Source of the DNA: Bacillota bacterium
GTDB lineage: Bacteria; Bacillota_I; Bacilli_A; RF39; UBA660
DNA length: 64,000 nt
Direction: 5' to 3'
Assembly: GCA_023460995.1 (NCBI GenBank)
Contig: JAEWOE010000001.1
Location: 10,664 to 74,663, forward strand
In this document: in pieces, positions 38,771 through 48,442 of the stretch
How the letters are laid out: every line of letters starts with the position of its first letter
Numbering within the stretch: position 1 is the first letter of the stretch
The notes under the pieces: model-generated
Databases searched by the model: none
What the model saw: only the letters and a program-made list of their open reading frames with translations
What the model was told of the DNA's origin: nothing
Made by a program: the position numbers and the translations under genes

Positions 38771-40267
38771 TCATTTTTTGATCCCTATTAATTCATTTTT
38801 TAAATTATTACAACTTAAAAACTGATGGCCAAATTGTATTAAGTTCGGCAAATATATCACACTTATTGAATTGTTGTAACTTAAGAAATTATCACCCACT
38901 TGTATTAGTGATGGTAAGTATAACGATGTTAGTGATTTATTCCCAGATAAGAATTCGTTTCCTGCTTCTTTTAGAGAAGGCAAGTTTATTTCTGTTAATT
39001 GATTATTTGAAGATAAGAAACCACTTCCTACTTGCTTTAACAATGGTAATTCTAATGTTATTAATGATTCGTTTTGAGTAAAGAAATAGTCTCCTACTTC
39101 CACTAGTGATGGCAAGTTTACTGATGTTAGTGATTCGTTTTGAAACAAAAAATAATTTCCTGCTTCCTTTAACATAGGCAGGTTTAAATCTGTCATTAAA
39201 ACGTTATTATATAAGAAAAAATCATCTGTTCGATTTAATTTATCATTCTTGTACCCTATAATATTATTATTTTTATCAATGATAACTTCTATAACATTAA
39301 TTTCTTCGCCCTTCTTCGTTTCAATATATATTACTTTATTGTTATTCTCTTTTTTTATAACGTTTATTTTAGAAATGTTTTTAAAATCATCTATAAAGCA
39401 GTCTTTTAAAGTTGAATCGTAAAGTAGTATTTTTTTATTGGTAATATCTAATATAAAATAATCAATAATAAGATATTTTGAACTATCAAGATAATCTTTC
39501 TTAACTACAAAGTTATCTATAATTATATTACCAGGGCAATAATAAATATTGTTTATTTCATAATTATATTTATGAAACTTTCCGTCATTAGCCCTAACAT
39601 ACCCTTTAATTTCAAAGAAATGTCGGTTAGGAATAAAATTAAACTTATAGTGTCTTCTGAAACTACTAGATAAACCTGACTTTATATTATCTAAATTGTT
39701 ATTAAAAGTACTGTCACAATTATCTACTCTGTGGTTATACCTATTTTTAATTGACAGCGTATTAACATTGCCACGCGTAAATTGAATACTTATTACAGAA
39801 GTACCATATTCATCTTGTCTTTGTGGCTTACTAAAGCTTTCTCTGTTTAATTCAAAAGCATTCTTTTTTACTGCAAAAAAAACATGGCATCGATCTAATC
39901 TATTTCCTTTAAATGTACATAATTCTTCTTCTGGTTTATAGTACTTTTTAAAGGTTTGTATTTCCTCTTCATTATGACACTCATAAAGAATATATCCAGC
40001 TTCTTCTAATAATTCCTGTGGCGTTTTTTCTTCAATACTTTCTATTGGGTCTTCTTCAGTTGCAATAGTATAAATATATTCCTTAAACTCAGGTATTAAT
40101 CCAAATTTACATATATCATAATATAAATCTCTTGATTGATAAAAATTTGTACTCAAAGCCCAGTATAATAACTGTGGTTCTTCAAGCAATGTCGGAAATA
40201 ATTGTTGGCATAAATGCATCATTTTTTCTCCGTAAAATTTTTTTATCATCTTTAAGTCATCAAACAT
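38771..40267 (-). CDS. leucine-rich-repeat protein (N-terminal unknown domain + about 6 C-terminal 22-aa LRRs, BspA/LRR_5-like); no signal peptide
   Basis: Repeats LPxLxxxGxxFLxxNxSLTxLx (e.g. LPSLVEVGDYFFTQNESLITLE). Full-length copy carrying a T8 tract in the codons for CHVFFAVKK. Confidence 0.6.
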   Translation of the reverse strand: MFDDLKMIKKFYGEKMMHLCQQLFPTLLEEPQLLYWALSTNFYQSRDLYYDICKFGLIPEFKEYIYTIATEEDPIESIEEKTPQELLEEAGYILYECHNEEEIQTFKKYYKPEEELCTFKGNRLDRCHVFFAVKKNAFELNRESFSKPQRQDEYGTSVISIQFTRGNVNTLSIKNRYNHRVDNCDSTFNNNLDNIKSGLSSSFRRHYKFNFIPNRHFFEIKGYVRANDGKFHKYNYEINNIYYCPGNIIIDNFVVKKDYLDSSKYLIIDYFILDITNKKILLYDSTLKDCFIDDFKNISKINVIKKENNNKVIYIETKKGEEINVIEVIIDKNNNIIGYKNDKLNRTDDFFLYNNVLMTDLNLPMLKEAGNYFLFQNESLTSVNLPSLVEVGDYFFTQNESLITLELPLLKQVGSGFLSSNNQLTEINLPSLKEAGNEFLSGNKSLTSLYLPSLIQVGDNFLSYNNSISVIYLPNLIQFGHQFLSCNNLKNELIGIKK

Positions 40268-40468
40268 AACTACACCTCTAATAAAATAATATCATACATC
40301 ATTAATATTACAAATTATTTATGTTTACTTTTACAATTGTATACATAAAAACATATATGATGTATATTACTCAAACTATTTTCTATCATTTATAAAATGT
40401 TAATATTCTTGAATACAAATCAAAAATTAGATTATAAAACAATAATAATGGTCCAATAAAAAGAAATT

Positions 40469-40741
40469 TTATCCATAGTACCTTTGAAAATATATTTCCT
40501 TATCGTCCGAAATAATCTTTATAATATCATCTTCATCTACGTTTATATTATTAGGGTTTAATGGACCAAAACTATAAAAATTCTTTTCATCAAGAATCTT
40601 TTGAGAAATATATATATAATCTTTTTCTTTTAGTATTATATTTAAAGAATAAAATTCCATATTTAGGTTGTATTTTTTATTGTCTTCTGTTCTTACTAAG
40701 TAATCATAATTATTAATTTCTAATATTTGCACTTTTTTCAT
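40469..40741 (-). CDS. hypothetical small protein (90 aa)
   Basis: ATGA start/stop overlap with the upstream LRR gene. No counterpart downstream of LRR copy 1. Confidence 0.3.
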   Translation of the reverse strand: MKKVQILEINNYDYLVRTEDNKKYNLNMEFYSLNIILKEKDYIYISQKILDEKNFYSFGPLNPNNINVDEDDIIKIISDDKEIYFQRYYG

Positions 40742-42431
40742 AAATTTCTCCTTAAAAATTCATTCATTGAATTAGTATTATTTAAAAAGTGGTCACCTGA
40801 TTCAACTAATGATGGTAAATTCACTTTTGTTAGTGAGTTATTCAAAGTTAAAAAATAACTTCCTATTTTAATTAGTGATGGCAAATCTAATTCTGTTAAT
40901 GTTTTATTATAATATAAGAAATAACTTTCTACTTGCTTTAGCACGGGTAAACTTACTTTTGTTAGTGAATTATTCATAGATAGAAAGCGATCTCCTGCTT
41001 GACTTAACATAGGTAAATTTAGTTCTATTAATAATTCATTATCATATAAAAAGCGTTCTCCTACTTTATTTAAAATAGGTAAATTTAATTCTATTAATGA
41101 TTCATTATCGTATAAGAAGCGATCACCTACTTGAATTAGTGATGGCAAACTTAATTTTGTTAATTTTATATTACTTTGCAAGAAGGAGTCTCTCACTTGG
41201 CTTAACATTGGGAGATCTAATTTTGATAATGATTGATTACTATATAAAAAGCAATCTCCTACTTGAATTAGTGATGGCAAATTTAACTTTGTTAATGATT
41301 TATTATCATACAAAAATCGATCTCCGACTTTATACAAGGCTGGTAAACTTAATTCAGTTAATGCATTATTATTCGCCAAAAATGAATCATTCGTTTGTTT
41401 TATTTTATCATTTTTATACCCTATAATTTTATTATCTATATTAACACATATTTCTATAACATTACTATCTTGACCACTTTTTGTCTCAATATATATCACT
41501 TTGTTATTATCTTCTTTTTTTATAACACTTATCTTACTAATATCTTTAATAGCATCTATAAAGCTATCATGTAAGGATGAATCGTAAAGTAGTATTTTTT
41601 TATTTGGAATATCTAATATGAAATAGTCAATAACTATATATTCTCCACCATTAAGATAATCATTTTTAACTTCAAAGTTATCTATAATTATATTGCCAGG
41701 GCAATAATAAATATTGTTTATTTCATAATTATATTTATAATACTTGCCATCATTAGCCCGAACATAGCCGTCAAGTTCAAAACTATACCTACTATTTTTC
41801 AAATTAAATCTATAATAACGAGCAAAACTATCTGATAAACCAAATATTATATTATCTAGATTATTATTAAATGTACTGTCAGGATTGCTTACTGTATGGT
41901 TATACCTATTTTTGATTGACACAGTATTAACCATTCCTCTTGTAAACTGTATACTTATTACAGAAGTGCCATATTCATCTTGTCTTTTAGGACTAGTAAA
42001 GTTTTCTCTTTTTATTTCACTAGCATTCTTTTTTACTGCAAAAAAACATGGCATCGATCTAATCTGTCTCCTCTAAATGTACATAATTGCTCCTCTGGTT
42101 TATAATAACTTTTAAAAGTTTGTATTTCTTCCTCGTTATGGCATTCGTAAAGTATATATCCAGCTTCATCTAACAATTCAAACGGTGTTCTATTTTCAAT
42201 TTTTTTCGCAACTTCTTCTTCACCTACAAGAGTATATATATATTCCTTAAATTCTAATACTAATTCTGATTTACATATATCATCATACAAACTTCTAGAA
42301 TGATAAAAATAGGAATCCAAAAATGAATATAGCACTCCTGGATATTCAAGTATTGTTGGAAATAATTCTTTGCATAAATGCATCATTTTTTCTCCATAAA
42401 ATTTTTTTATCATTTTTAAATCATCAATCAT
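40738..42431 (-). pseudogene. leucine-rich-repeat protein paralogue split by a -1 frameshift in a poly-T (coding-strand T7; T8 in copy 1) tract at 42040-42046
   Basis: ORFs 42033..42431 (N-terminal domain, …DRLDRCHVFLQ*) and 40738..42054 (MPCFFAVKKN…) align collinearly with the single 498-aa paralogue. The only disruption is an A7 vs A8 run on the plus strand. Confidence 0.55.
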
Positions 42432-42560
42432 AATAACACCCTAATTTAATAATATCACAATTTATTATTTAAGTTAAATTATTACTTATATTTTTACAAT
42501 AGTATACATAAAAATTTATACAAACAAAAACCGCTGAAAATCAACGGTTAGTTATCTATT

Positions 42561-42637
42561 TGGTAGCGACGGAGAGATTCGAACTCACGACCTACCGGGT
42601 ATGAACCGGTTGCTCTAGCCAACTGAGCTACATCGCC
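42561..42637 (-). tRNA. tRNA-Met (CAU anticodon, elongator-type; Ile2-lysidine not excluded)
   Basis: GGCGATG-TA-GCTC-AGTTGGCTA-GAGC-A-ACCGG-TTCATAC-CCGGT-AGGTC-GTGAG-TTCGAAT-CTCTC-CGTCGCT-A-CCA. Strongly resembles Bacillus elongator tRNA-Met. Confidence 0.65.
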
Positions 42638-42755
42638 ATGTCAAACGACAAATAAATTATATCAAATCTAGCAATCGTTGACAATACTTTTTTGGTTTTT
42701 TCTTTAAAATATACCATAAGGTCTACAAAATAAAAAGCACTGATGTGCTTATTTA

Positions 42756-43322
42756 TTAATAATTCTCGCTTAATATTTCAAAATATGATTGAGGATGAGC
42801 ACATACTGGACAAACATTAGGTGCTTTTTTACCAAAATGAACATGTCCGCAATTACGACAGATCCACATTGTTTCTTCTTCTTTTTCAAATACAGTGTTA
42901 CCATCTAAATTAGCAATCATTTTTCTGTATCTTTCTTCATGGCGTTTTTCAATTTCTCCAACACCTTTAAATAAGTTAGCTATTCTAGTGAATCCTTCTG
43001 CTGCAGCTACTTCTGCAAACTCTGCATACATATCTGTCCACTCATAGTTTTCACCAGCTGCAGCATCCTTTAAATTAGTCATTGTGTCAGGCACTTCTCC
43101 ATCATGTAGTGCCTTAAACCATAATTTTGCATGTTCTTTTTCATTTTGTGCTGTTTCTTCAAAAACTGCTGCAATTTGCTCAAAACCTTCCTTTTTAGCT
43201 TTTGAAGCATAATAAGTATATTTATTTCTTGCTTGACTTTCTCCAGCAAAAGCTGCTAATAAATTAGCTTCTGTTTTACTTCCTTTTAATTCCATATTAT
43301 CTAAATTCCTTTCTCTATACAA
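42756..43322 (-). CDS. rbr: rubrerythrin (ferritin-like diiron domain + C-terminal rubredoxin-like CxxC…CxxC)
   Basis: EKHAKLWFK…[14 protein letters not shown]…[29 protein letters not shown]. Confidence 0.9.
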   Translation of the reverse strand: MYRERNLDNMELKGSKTEANLLAAFAGESQARNKYTYYASKAKKEGFEQIAAVFEETAQNEKEHAKLWFKALHDGEVPDTMTNLKDAAAGENYEWTDMYAEFAEVAAAEGFTRIANLFKGVGEIEKRHEERYRKMIANLDGNTVFEKEEETMWICRNCGHVHFGKKAPNVCPVCAHPQSYFEILSENY

Positions 43323-43684
43323 TTAGGACATATTCCTTCAAAAACCAAATCTTTTGACATTATCTTATATTTAGTTTCTAATTCTATTTTATCATAAAAT
43401 TCATCTGCAGCACTTATAAAAATATCACTAACTGAGTTACAAGTAATGCATCTTATATGATGATGTGGTTTAATAGTTTTATCAAATCTATCTTGATTAT
43501 TTGATACTCCTATTCTTTTAATATAACCATTATCAGCTAAAGCATTTAAATTACGATAAATTGTGCCTAAACTAATATTAGGTATGATATCTCTTACCCT
43601 ATTATAAATAGTTTCAGCAGTAGGATGATCATATGAATCCATAACTACTTTAAGTACAATATCTCTTTGATATGATTTCTTCAA
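43301..43684 (-). CDS. perR: Fur family transcriptional regulator, PerR-like
   Basis: DNA-binding helix [23 protein letters not shown] metal site, CxxC zinc ribbon. TTG start with RBS GGAGG 7 nt upstream. Overlaps the rubrerythrin gene by 22 nt. Confidence 0.7.
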   Translation of the reverse strand: MKKSYQRDIVLKVVMDSYDHPTAETIYNRVRDIIPNISLGTIYRNLNALADNGYIKRIGVSNNQDRFDKTIKPHHHIRCITCNSVSDIFISAADEFYDKIELETKYKIMSKDLVFEGICPNCIEKGI

Positions 43685-43702
43685 AATATATACCTCCTAA
43701 TC

Positions 43703-43775
43703 TAGTAATTATTACTACATTTCAAGTATATCATTTTATTTAATTGAAGTCAATAAAAAGTAGTAATTATTACTA
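43703..43775 (-). promoter_or_regulatory. perR-rbr promoter (TTGACT-17-TATACT) flanked by two identical 15-bp Per-box-like sites TAGTAATTATTACTA
   Basis: Boxes at 43703-43717 (over +1 and the leader) and 43761-43775 (just upstream of -35). Each is a near-palindrome of the TTAnAATnATTnTAA PerR/Fur-box type. Confidence 0.45.
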
Positions 43776-43777
43776 CT

Positions 43778-44734
43778 TTAATCTGTTTTCTTATTTATTA
43801 TAAATCTTGGCCTAGCTTTAGTTTCGCTATAAGTTTTTCCAACATATTCACCTATTATTCCAATTGAAATCATTTGAAGTCCACCTAGAAACCAAATTGA
43901 AATAGATAAGAACGTCCATCCAGCAACAGTATTGCCAGTTAGTTTTTGAATTAGCGAATATATCATAATAACTAGACTGGTAAATAAAATTATAATTCCT
44001 AAAATACATATAAATCTAAGAGGTCTTACTGTGAACGAAGTAATACCATCTAATGCAAAATTCATCATTTTACTAAGAGAATATTTACTCTTTCCAGCAA
44101 GTCTTTCATTTCTTTCATAATAAACAAAATCATGTTTAAAACCAATTAGAGGAAAAATCCCTCGTAAAAAAAGATTGACTTCCTTATAGTTTTCAAACTC
44201 ATTTATAACTTTTTTACTTGTAAGCCTATAATCAGCATGATCATAAATAATGTTTATTCCCATAAACTTCATTATTTTATAAAATAACCTCGCTGTACTT
44301 TTTTTAAGCCAAGAGTCTTTATCTCTTTTACTTCTAATACCGTATACAATATCATTACCTTGCTTGTATTTTTCTATCATCGCATCTATAGCGTTTATAT
44401 CATCCTGCAAATCTGCATCCATGCTGATTACTATATCGGATTTTATCTTGGCGCTCAGTAATCCCGCTACCAAAGCATTTTGATGACCTGAATTTCTTGA
44501 TAAACTAATTCCTTGAAATAATTTATCTTCTTTATTTATTTTTTCTATTATACTCCATGTTGAATCAATCGAACCATCATCAACGTATAAAACATGACTA
44601 TCTTTGTCTATAATACGACTTTTAATTAACTTACTAATTTTGTTTTTTAGGATTTTGGTAGTTTCTAATAAAACTTTCTCTTCGTTATAACAAGGTATAA
44701 CTAAATATAAGATTATTTTGTTTTCTTTTTTCAC
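43778..44734 (-). CDS. GtrB/CsbB-like family 2 glycosyltransferase (polyprenyl-phosphate sugar synthase) with 2 C-terminal TM helices
   Basis: LVIPCYNEEKVL…VLYVDDGSIDST…SLSRNSGHQNALVAGL and C-terminal membrane helices, typical of bactoprenol glucosyltransferase GtrB / ArnC-like. Confidence 0.75.
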   Translation of the reverse strand: MKKENKIILYLVIPCYNEEKVLLETTKILKNKISKLIKSRIIDKDSHVLYVDDGSIDSTWSIIEKINKEDKLFQGISLSRNSGHQNALVAGLLSAKIKSDIVISMDADLQDDINAIDAMIEKYKQGNDIVYGIRSKRDKDSWLKKSTARLFYKIMKFMGINIIYDHADYRLTSKKVINEFENYKEVNLFLRGIFPLIGFKHDFVYYERNERLAGKSKYSLSKMMNFALDGITSFTVRPLRFICILGIIILFTSLVIMIYSLIQKLTGNTVAGWTFLSISIWFLGGLQMISIGIIGEYVGKTYSETKARPRFIINKKTD

Positions 44735-45282
44735 TTTTTAACACTATAAAATATAGATACTACTTCTGCAAAACCATGTAAGATAGAAGTGTTATTTTTG
44801 ATTGCTATTCCTTTTCCTAATGCTTTACCACCAATAGTTAAAGATGCTACAATCCCTGTAATAACTAAAGTTGTTGGTAAACTTGGAAAATTAAATTTTT
44901 CAGCTACAGATGCTGCGACTATAACTCCAGCAGATCCTGAAATAATGCCGCATATATCACCTACTACATCATTACAAAAAGAAGATACTTTATCAGCATT
45001 TTTAATAAATTTAACAGCTATATCAGCACCTGCTACCTTCTGAGCACTCATAGAATTAAAAGGCCCGATGCTAGCACTTGTTACAGAAACTCCTATCATA
45101 TCGAATAATACACCTAGTAATACAAAAAGTATTAGTACTAATATCCCTATTATCATATTTACATTTGAAAGAATTGTCTCTGAAGCAAATGAAAATGTAA
45201 TAGATATAACAAAAGCAAGTAATGTAATCTTAATTATCCAAGCTGCATTTGAATTTTTCTTTCTCTCTTTTTTCTTTTTCAT
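44731..45282 (-). CDS. 4-TM small membrane protein (possible flippase/accessory partner of the GtrB-like GTs)
   Basis: Basic N-terminus and four hydrophobic helices including a Gly-rich GDICGIISGSAGVIVAA segment. Overlaps the neighbouring gene by 4 nt. No family recognised. Confidence 0.35.
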   Translation of the reverse strand: MKKKKERKKNSNAAWIIKITLLAFVISITFSFASETILSNVNMIIGILVLILFVLLGVLFDMIGVSVTSASIGPFNSMSAQKVAGADIAVKFIKNADKVSSFCNDVVGDICGIISGSAGVIVAASVAEKFNFPSLPTTLVITGIVASLTIGGKALGKGIAIKNNTSILHGFAEVVSIFYSVKK

Positions 45283-45290
45283 ACTACCCT

Positions 45291-46229
45291 CTATTTATTT
45301 TTTTTATTATCAATAATATTCTTTGCTATGTATATTGGTCTTTTTTTAGTTTCAACATATGTTCTTGCAATATATTCACCTAATATACCTAGTGAAAATA
45401 ACTGAAGCCCGCCAAGAAATAATATTAATACTACTATTGTAGCATAACCTGACACTGAAATACCATAGAAAATTTTCTCAAATATTACACTAATTAAGTA
45501 TAAAATAGATAAGATTGAAGAAGTCATACCAATAAATGTTGCCATTCTAAGAGGTGCAGTACTAAACGATACAATACCTTCTATTGCATATTTAAATAAT
45601 TTTGTAAAAGACCAAGTACTGTTTCCATTAGCTCTTTTGCTAACTGTATAAGGCATATAATATGTGTTATATCCCACCCATGAAAATATTCCTTTAGAAA
45701 ATCTAAAATATTCTTTCATTGATAAAATAGAATCAACCATACCTCTTCTAAAAGTTCTAAAGTCACTAGCACCTTGTACAAATCTAGTATCAGACATTTT
45801 ATTCATTATTTTATAAAAACAATCTTTAAAGAAAGTTAATACTTTACCTTCTTTTCTTTTTTCTTGATAAGCTGCTACTGAATCATAATCTTCATTATTA
45901 TCAAGAAATTCAATCATGCTTAAAACTAGTTTAGGATCTTGTTGCATATCGGCATCAATAATTGATACATAATCGCCTATAGACTTCTCAAGTCCAGCGT
46001 ACATAGCCGCTTCTTTACCAAAATTACGTGAAAAATTAATAACCTTGATATTTTCTTTAGAATTCTCACTAAGCTCTTTCAATACTTTAAAAGTATTATC
46101 CTTAGATCCATCATTAATAAAAATCATTTCGTAATCTTTAATTTTTTTAAAATTAGTATGTATACAGTCATATATTAACTCTATATTTTTTTCCTCGTTA
46201 TAACAAGGCACTATAATTGATAATTTCAT
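45291..46229 (-). CDS. second GtrB/CsbB-like family 2 glycosyltransferase
   Basis: LSIIVPCYNEEKNI…MIFINDGSKDNT…NFSRNFGKEAAMYAGL plus 2 C-terminal TM helices. Confidence 0.75.
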   Translation of the reverse strand: MKLSIIVPCYNEEKNIELIYDCIHTNFKKIKDYEMIFINDGSKDNTFKVLKELSENSKENIKVINFSRNFGKEAAMYAGLEKSIGDYVSIIDADMQQDPKLVLSMIEFLDNNEDYDSVAAYQEKRKEGKVLTFFKDCFYKIMNKMSDTRFVQGASDFRTFRRGMVDSILSMKEYFRFSKGIFSWVGYNTYYMPYTVSKRANGNSTWSFTKLFKYAIEGIVSFSTAPLRMATFIGMTSSILSILYLISVIFEKIFYGISVSGYATIVVLILFLGGLQLFSLGILGEYIARTYVETKKRPIYIAKNIIDNKKNK

Positions 46230-46324
46230 CTCTTCACTTCCTTTAAGTCTTGCAATATTATACCACTTATTATATCAAAATAAATTAATAAATTGTAATT
46301 TTTGTGTTTATGAATATCATGCAC

Positions 46325-46352
46325 AAAAAAAGGACAAAACTGTCCTGATTTT
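46325..46352 (-). terminator. rho-independent terminator (minus-strand T7 run)
   Basis: aggaca-aaac-tgtcct hairpin flanked by A7 (plus) / T7 (minus). Confidence 0.45.
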
Positions 46353-47013
46353 TCTGTTGAAATCGATGGCCATAAAACAGTAAACTTTGCGTCTTAGGTC
46401 AAGTTGTATTTCACCAGTTTCTCCATACACGTTACCATGTATGTGGTTCCCCTTTAAAGAAACCGATACGGCGTCGCCTATCCGTACGACTTGATTACCA
46501 CTTAGTACGCACTGCAATCCTGTTATATGAGACACTCTAGGAGATTTCCCCACCAACTGATTCATTATTAATTCTTTTTTGCAAATACAGTTTCAGATTG
46601 CGATTTTCAAATTAGTCTAGCTAAAACTAATTCAAAATGGATCAATCATTCCAAGTAATTCACTCAAGACAAGCTACACTACTCGTAACTTTCGCCACAT
46701 AGTAGGTTTAATCCTAATTCGTAGTAAGTCAGCTCAATATGCAATATATGTATATGCTTACCACAAGTATAGGTCTCCACGAATACAGGGTCATGAGCGC
46801 ATGCCATTGCGGATGCCCAATATTCTATCCTTCAGCATCCACCCCAAACTGGGCGTAAGAAGCAAACACCAAAGGCTTCACAGATATGCTCTTTAATGGT
46901 TTTTTAATCCCATCTTCATAATAAATCTCATTGACTAGAATAATGTGCCAATCAAAATTTACAAGATTAATTCTATCATATTATATGCATGATGTCAAAT
47001 TGCAATGACTACA
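46353..47013. other. GC-rich (about 45% vs about 27% background) non-coding island, 660 bp; candidate structured ncRNA or foreign DNA remnant
   Basis: No ORF longer than 82 codons in any frame. Composition sharply different from the flanks. Lies between the polysaccharide deacetylase gene stop and the 46325 terminator. Confidence 0.3.
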
Positions 47014-48369
47014 TTAATTAGTAATATAACTAGCAAACTCATCTAAAGTAGTATTGTACTGAACTGTATATCTAGGAACAGTATACATATTTACTCCTGG
47101 ATATGCTTTATACATTCCACCAGCAAATGCCATAGTGAATCCAGCTTGCTTAATTAAAGAAATTGCGTAATCATTATATTCATAGAATGGCCAAGCAAAA
47201 TATGTAGTATTATTTAATTGTTCACGACTCTTTTTTAAGTCAGCTAGAACTTTATCTTTATCCGAACATTTAAGTGGACTTCCCTGTCCACCTGAACAAA
47301 CACCAGTATTATGTAAATTATAAGTGTGTGAAGCAAATTGGACATAGTTTGATGATCTTGAATAAGCAAGTATGTCAGCGTTATTTTGTAGATTTCCTAT
47401 AAAGAATAAAGTGACATTAACTTTATACTCATTTGCTAGTGTATACATTCTATCAAACCACCAACCATCATCAACCGTTACTGTTACACTTTTTACTGGA
47501 AGCCTAATTTTACCATTCAAAAATAATTCAAGTTCTTTAAGAGTAGTTGTATAGTATTCATTTTCATTTAAATAATTAAATTGACTCTTAATTTGACTTA
47601 CATCATGGCAAATAATCGTGCTTAAACATTTTTCTCCTGCAGAAGAATCATAAGTATAATGATATGCAATAACAGCTATCTTGCTTGCAGATTTAACATT
47701 TGTATTGTTAGAAGCTTCGACACTAACAGAATCACCTTTTTCTAAATATAATAGTTTATTATCATACTCGACATAATAGCGATTATTATCCTTAATCAAT
47801 ATTGGTAACGATAGTCCTTCATTAATTGTGTATTTTCTTCCACGATCATCATATAAAAATGTCGGACTTGATGACACAACATTTTCATTAAATGGAATAT
47901 ACTTTTTATATCTTTGATCTGTTGATAAAGAGTCAATTACTTTGACATCAGTATACTTAATAAAATAAGCAATGTTTTGAAGTTCAAAATATACATCTTT
48001 ATAGTCTTTAATATCTTTACTTTTCAAGTTAAGTTCTACACCATTTGATATAGTTCCGGCTTCTACATACTCTCCATTAACAAGCTTATATATCTTTGCA
48101 TCATTAGTAGTTACAACAAATGAATTGTAACTATTTTTAATATCTTTTAATATTCTTTGTTGAGTTTGTTTTTCTTTTTCCTCTTGTTGCAATTTAATAT
48201 TATTCTCTTTTTGCTTTTTATTTTTATCTATATTATATATAACACTATAGATGGACACTAATATTATAATTGCAGTAAGCACAAAAAGAAGATGTCTTAA
48301 TGCTTTTTTTCTTCTTTTTTCCCTTTCAATATAATAATTTATAGTTTTTAGTTTATCTTTCTTATTCAA
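47014..48369 (-). CDS. membrane-anchored polysaccharide deacetylase (NodB/CE4 family)
   Basis: N-terminal TM, charged coiled region, C-terminal TVDDGWWFD… and HTYNLH motifs of CE4 deacetylases. Confidence 0.7.
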   Translation of the reverse strand: MNKKDKLKTINYYIEREKRRKKALRHLLFVLTAIIILVSIYSVIYNIDKNKKQKENNIKLQQEEKEKQTQQRILKDIKNSYNSFVVTTNDAKIYKLVNGEYVEAGTISNGVELNLKSKDIKDYKDVYFELQNIAYFIKYTDVKVIDSLSTDQRYKKYIPFNENVVSSSPTFLYDDRGRKYTINEGLSLPILIKDNNRYYVEYDNKLLYLEKGDSVSVEASNNTNVKSASKIAVIAYHYTYDSSAGEKCLSTIICHDVSQIKSQFNYLNENEYYTTTLKELELFLNGKIRLPVKSVTVTVDDGWWFDRMYTLANEYKVNVTLFFIGNLQNNADILAYSRSSNYVQFASHTYNLHNTGVCSGGQGSPLKCSDKDKVLADLKKSREQLNNTTYFAWPFYEYNDYAISLIKQAGFTMAFAGGMYKAYPGVNMYTVPRYTVQYNTTLDEFASYITN

Positions 48370-48442
48370 CTAAATCTCCTCCTATATATTAGTAAAGATT
48401 TATTGTATTAAAATACGCTATTAATTGATAAAGCAAAAACTA

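Noticed and set aside
46317-46565. 82-aa ORF inside the GC-rich island
   Set aside because: The ORF is probably an artefact of the higher GC content. It has no RBS and its translation is Gly/Val/His-rich with no family resemblance. Treated as part of the non-coding island.
46353-47013. Possible group II intron domain V / tmRNA 5' end / RNase P / T-box within the GC-rich island
   Set aside because: Local resemblances (CGTACGG…CCGTATCGG; CGTACGGATAGGCGAC vs tmRNA 5' ACGUUACGGAUUCGAC) are in the wrong order or orientation or lack the partner elements (no AGGAAAGTCC, no tRNA-like 3' end, no AGGGUGGNACCGCG). No assignment possible without a covariance-model search.
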